From Armatimonadota bacterium (GTDB taxonomy: Bacteria; Armatimonadota; Armatimonadia; Armatimonadales; Armatimonadaceae): DNA of 10,216 nucleotides. The translations under genes and the position numbers were made by a program. Shown here in pieces: positions 7,663-10,216 of the stretch (position 1 is the first letter of the stretch; every line of letters starts with the position of its first letter). The stretch covers positions 1 to 10,216 of the forward strand of contig JAYUUO010000200.1 of assembly GCA_043754515.1 (NCBI GenBank), in the 5' to 3' direction. The notes under the pieces were generated by a model that ran no database searches, had not been told where the DNA came from, and saw nothing but the letters and a program-made list of their open reading frames with translations.

Positions 7663-8304
7663 TCATAACTGCCAAAAGTAGACGAAGTCGGATTCATTAC
7701 CATGCTTGATCATTATATTGAATATACCATCCGCGAACGGCCAATCACCATCCAAGCCGTCTTCATCCCCCTCTTCACCGAAACCAGGAACGTCTAACTG
7801 AACCCAATTTTTATACCCACACTGAGCAAGCGCATCTATACCAGATTTGAACATGTCTTCTCTGACCAGAAATGGCGATCCGCCAATTTTATGATTATCA
7901 TAATATGAATCTCCTTCAGATCCAACATCAGGTACGATTCGCTGTATAATAACACGGTTCCCCGACACAGTGCTTTGAAAAAGATTGTCTTTTCGTCTTT
8001 CGCTATTCTTATGAATGACAACATGTAAAAAATTCTCGCTCGCGGTGAAGATTTTATATTTATTTTTTACAACAAAATCTATTTCAAAGTCAAAAAATAT
8101 AGAGGCTTCTAAGTCCGCGTCACGTAGCACTGGTAGTGTCATCAGATAGCGAGAAGTCTCATTCGGCGGTACTACTCCTTCTGGCGATTTTCCGCCAAAC
8201 CGGGCACCACTATTCGCATTAGGTAGTGCCAGACGAAAGGGTAGGCAATAACCATCTGGGATAGCGGCCGCAGACTCATGGAAGTAACATATGTCTTGAA
8301 TCAT
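7663..8304 (-). CDS. YwqG/DUF1963-like protein, putative immunity protein for tip B, 213 aa
   Basis: ATGA overlap with the toxin stop (8304-8301), with a purine-rich AGGAAAG upstream. The motifs RFGG..P, HKIGGSP, VQLD, WPFADG and terminal FWQ follow the YwqG/DUF1963 pattern. Confidence 0.75.
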   Translation of the reverse strand: MIQDICYFHESAAAIPDGYCLPFRLALPNANSGARFGGKSPEGVVPPNETSRYLMTLPVLRDADLEASIFFDFEIDFVVKNKYKIFTASENFLHVVIHKNSERRKDNLFQSTVSGNRVIIQRIVPDVGSEGDSYYDNHKIGGSPFLVREDMFKSGIDALAQCGYKNWVQLDVPGFGEEGDEDGLDGDWPFADGIFNIMIKHGNESDFVYFWQL

Positions 8305-8912
8305 AAGATTTTCTTTCCTGTAGCCCATTTTCTAGTCTCTCTCTCAAGTTGTTTAATTTTGCCCTCGGGAATTTTTGCTCCGTTAGCGTTAGCGTTCCTC
8401 ATCGCTTGTAAATTCTTGTCTATGATGTCTTGGGCTGTCAGATTGCGAGATGACCTTTTGAATAGATCCAGTTTCTTCTGTTCCTCGTATATCAACCCAT
8501 GATCAGTATCTCCTAAAGCAATCGCAGGGTTATCTCCGCCAGTAGAACTGGCCCGCCCTTCTGTGTGTCCATTAGCTTTCAACCAGGAGTTCTGCAAAAG
8601 CTCATGTCCGGCTAGACCATCCCCTTCTCTTCCGCTTTTGTTGAACTCACCATAGTCATACACGTTGTACTCAGTGAGCGGTGGATTTTTCGGTCCTTTA
8701 GCCGCCTTAGTATCTGTCGCATCAGTGACACACTCGCCGTTGTGTACCCAGGCACCGCCGCTGGCGGTTCCGACGTAGAAGGTGTGGTCGCCGTCTACGG
8801 TGCAGTTGTAGACCCACGCGCCCTCGGGGTGGCTCTCGATGCGCACCGACTTGACCACGAGCCGCGGCCCGGCGCGCGTCAGGATCGCGGTGCCGATCCC
8901 GAGGGCGCCCAT
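8301..8912 (-). CDS. Toxin cassette B: short HINT remnant plus putative HNH/EndoVII (Tox-SHH-like) nuclease tip
   Basis: HINT ends VHN at 8739. The tip has GDGLAGHELLQNSW...NPAIAL...DH followed by helices, paralleling the SHH-type HNH toxin motif. The ATG at 8912 is the internal HINT Met. Confidence 0.78.
   Translation of the reverse strand: MGALGIGTAILTRAGPRLVVKSVRIESHPEGAWVYNCTVDGDHTFYVGTASGGAWVHNGECVTDATDTKAAKGPKNPPLTEYNVYDYGEFNKSGREGDGLAGHELLQNSWLKANGHTEGRASSTGGDNPAIALGDTDHGLIYEEQKKLDLFKRSSRNLTAQDIIDKNLQAMRNANANGAKIPEGKIKQLERETRKWATGKKIL
8739..8912 (-). repeat. HINT-coding repeat, copy B (shortest, 174 bp)
   Basis: Near-identical to the other three copies. Homology stops at ~8912, where a hairpin begins. 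Confidence 0.92.
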
Positions 8913-8963
8913 CGCGCCGAACGCCGCTCGGCGCGTTAAGCCTGCGTTCGCTCACGTAACGCA
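8913..8963. other. Two adjacent hairpins in the spacer between cassettes A and B
   Basis: CGCGCCGA/TCGGCGCG (8913-8935, 8-bp stem) and TGCGTT/AACGCA (8943-8963, 6-bp stem). Confidence 0.45.
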
Positions 8964-9002
8964 CATACGCCAAGTTTACGAGATCCCTGGCGGGTCGATA
9001 CT

Positions 9003-9521
9003 TTAGTCGTCTCCAACCAGTGACGGGATTCCAACGTTCGATAGGTCAGGCAACTGATCTGTTCTTCGCATGAACACCGTGATGATCTGGTTATCGCCTA
9101 GAACGCCAGATATAGGAGTACGACTGCAAACCATCAGTGTATACATCCCGTCATCTACATCAACACGTTGCTCGTCCCAGCAGTCAGGCTCCCAATAAAT
9201 CAGGTCATACAGATCACGCACATAGAAGTACCCGCCGACAACTACCAACCCGAGTGTTAAGCGCATATCGCTTTCGCTGTAGATGGCGGCATCAATTTCG
9301 CCTAAGACAAAGCGAAGCAAAAACTTGCCCGGCGTTCCGGTTTCAAATCCGACCAAACTGCCTGCTTGAACGAAGGGTTCCACCTGATCGGCGACACGAT
9401 ACCGACTACTTAAGAAGTTTTCACCTGATTCTATCGAAGGAATGTTGATGGGCGAGTATAAGATGAAGCCCAAGCCTTCTAATATTATGTCAACTTCCTT
9501 GATCGTAGAACTACTCGACAT
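9003..9521 (-). CDS. Putative immunity protein for tip A (acidic, beta-rich, family not recognised), 172 aa
   Basis: Starts 3 nt after the toxin stop on the same strand, with the same AT-richer composition as the tip. Function is inferred from position only. Confidence 0.75.
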   Translation of the reverse strand: MSSSSTIKEVDIILEGLGFILYSPINIPSIESGENFLSSRYRVADQVEPFVQAGSLVGFETGTPGKFLLRFVLGEIDAAIYSESDMRLTLGLVVVGGYFYVRDLYDLIYWEPDCWDEQRVDVDDGMYTLMVCSRTPISGVLGDNQIITVFMRRTDQLPDLSNVGIPSLVGDD

Positions 9522-9524
9522 AGA

Positions 9525-10216
9525 TCACAGTCCATCCCACCGCAATAATAGCTTGAATGCTTCTTGCGGAGTAACATCAGTACCTAAAACCCGGCCGGAA
9601 TCCGGTGTTCTCAAAGTGCCTCGTATCCCATCTAACGAGGGGTCACCGTAGGCATTATAGTACCTCCGCAATAGACCAATATCGTTGGTTGAGGAATTAC
9701 CGCCTCTACCAAGTTGTATGCCGTTTCTACGAGTCGCTTCATGCAGCCTTATGTGAGCTGCACCAGCATTCTCGGCAGTACCTGTAGGGTAGTATCGTGG
9801 CGTGTTTGCTCCATCATATTTGGAGAAGTTAGGGCGGTTACGTATGTTAGACCTTTCTAGCAGATGTGCGCCATCTCCATCTGAAACTAGCCTCCAACTT
9901 TTCTCATGTGGTCCAATAAAGTCAGCATCACCACAGACTGCATTATGCACCCAGGCGCCGCCGTTCGCGGTACCGACGTAGAAGGTGTGGTCGCCCTCGA
10001 CCGTGCAGTTGTAGACCCAGACGCCCTCGGGGTGGCTCTCGACCCGGACCGACTTGACGATCAGGCGCGGCCCCGCCCGCGTCAGGATCGCCGTGCCGAT
10101 CCCGAGGTTACCCATCGGCACCTGGCCCGCCCCCGTGAAGAACGGGTGCTCCACCGTGCCCGAAAGCGTCTCCACCGTCTTCCGCTCCGCGTCCCCCTCG
10201 GCGTAGAACTCGACCA
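9525..10216 (-). CDS. Toxin cassette A: pre-toxin HINT plus uncharacterised His-containing toxin tip; open beyond the right edge
   Basis: The frame stays open upstream of the GTG at 10175 (VEFYAEGDAERKTVETLSG) to the window end. HINT ends VHN at 9942. The tip (9525-9941) has GAHLLE and AHIRLH. It could be the end of the full-length parent toxin or another orphan cassette. Confidence 0.85.
   Translation of the reverse strand, partial: VEFYAEGDAERKTVETLSGTVEHPFFTGAGQVPMGNLGIGTAILTRAGPRLIVKSVRVESHPEGVWVYNCTVEGDHTFYVGTANGGAWVHNAVCGDADFIGPHEKSWRLVSDGDGAHLLERSNIRNRPNFSKYDGANTPRYYPTGTAENAGAAHIRLHEATRRNGIQLGRGGNSSTNDIGLLRRYYNAYGDPSLDGIRGTLRTPDSGRVLGTDVTPQEAFKLLLRWDGL
9942..10216 (-). repeat. HINT-coding repeat, copy A (cut by the window edge)
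   Basis: Near-identical to copies B, C and D. Confidence 0.92.

Noticed and set aside
5658..8328. ORF-track starts at 5735, 6705 and 8328
   Set aside because: They extend into the IS remnant or the upstream toxin. ATGs at 5657, 6576 and 8304 fit the coupling pattern better.
8913..9002. Spacers as integron attC sites
   Set aside because: No consistent RYYYAAC...GTTRRRY boxes across spacers and no integrase in the window.
2915..9787. Other plus-strand and nested ORFs overlapping toxin and immunity genes
   Set aside because: They lie antisense to, or inside, better-supported minus-strand genes. Only the 3' part of 5590-5853 (IS110) is credible.
2912..10175. All four toxin frames and the RHS fragment share the same reading-frame phase
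   Set aside because: Homologous recombination between repeats preserves frame regardless of phase, and stops separate the genes. Probably coincidence.
4464..10216. HINT repeats as true splicing inteins, a CRISPR array or a DGR template/variable repeat pair
   Set aside because: The +1 residue is Gly or Ala. The repeats are long and coding with gene-sized spacers, the differences are not obviously adenine-specific, and no reverse transcriptase or cas gene is in the window.

Overview
This window is a polymorphic-toxin locus read on the minus strand. From high to low coordinates it holds an array of four toxin-tip/immunity cassettes, each led by a near-identical GC-rich piece of a pre-toxin HINT (intein-like) domain ending in ...AWVHN, followed by an unrelated, AT-richer tip. 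Tip A (9525-9941) is His-rich and unassigned, possibly HNH-like. Tip B (8301-8738) looks like an HNH/EndoVII Tox-SHH-type nuclease with a YwqG/DUF1963-like partner. Tip C (6573-7028) is a zinc-dependent deaminase (HAE...CVQC) with a DUF416-like partner. Tip D (4002-4463) is a PD-(D/E)XK nuclease with a helical partner. Between C and D lie the right end of an IS110/IS621-type element and an orphan TPR gene whose toxin appears lost. Downstream of the array is a ~3 kb open RHS/YD-repeat frame, missing from the ORF track, that lacks its N-terminus, runs off the window, and carries a Pro-rich insert and half an Ig-like domain. All family assignments come from motif recognition by eye, not database searches.
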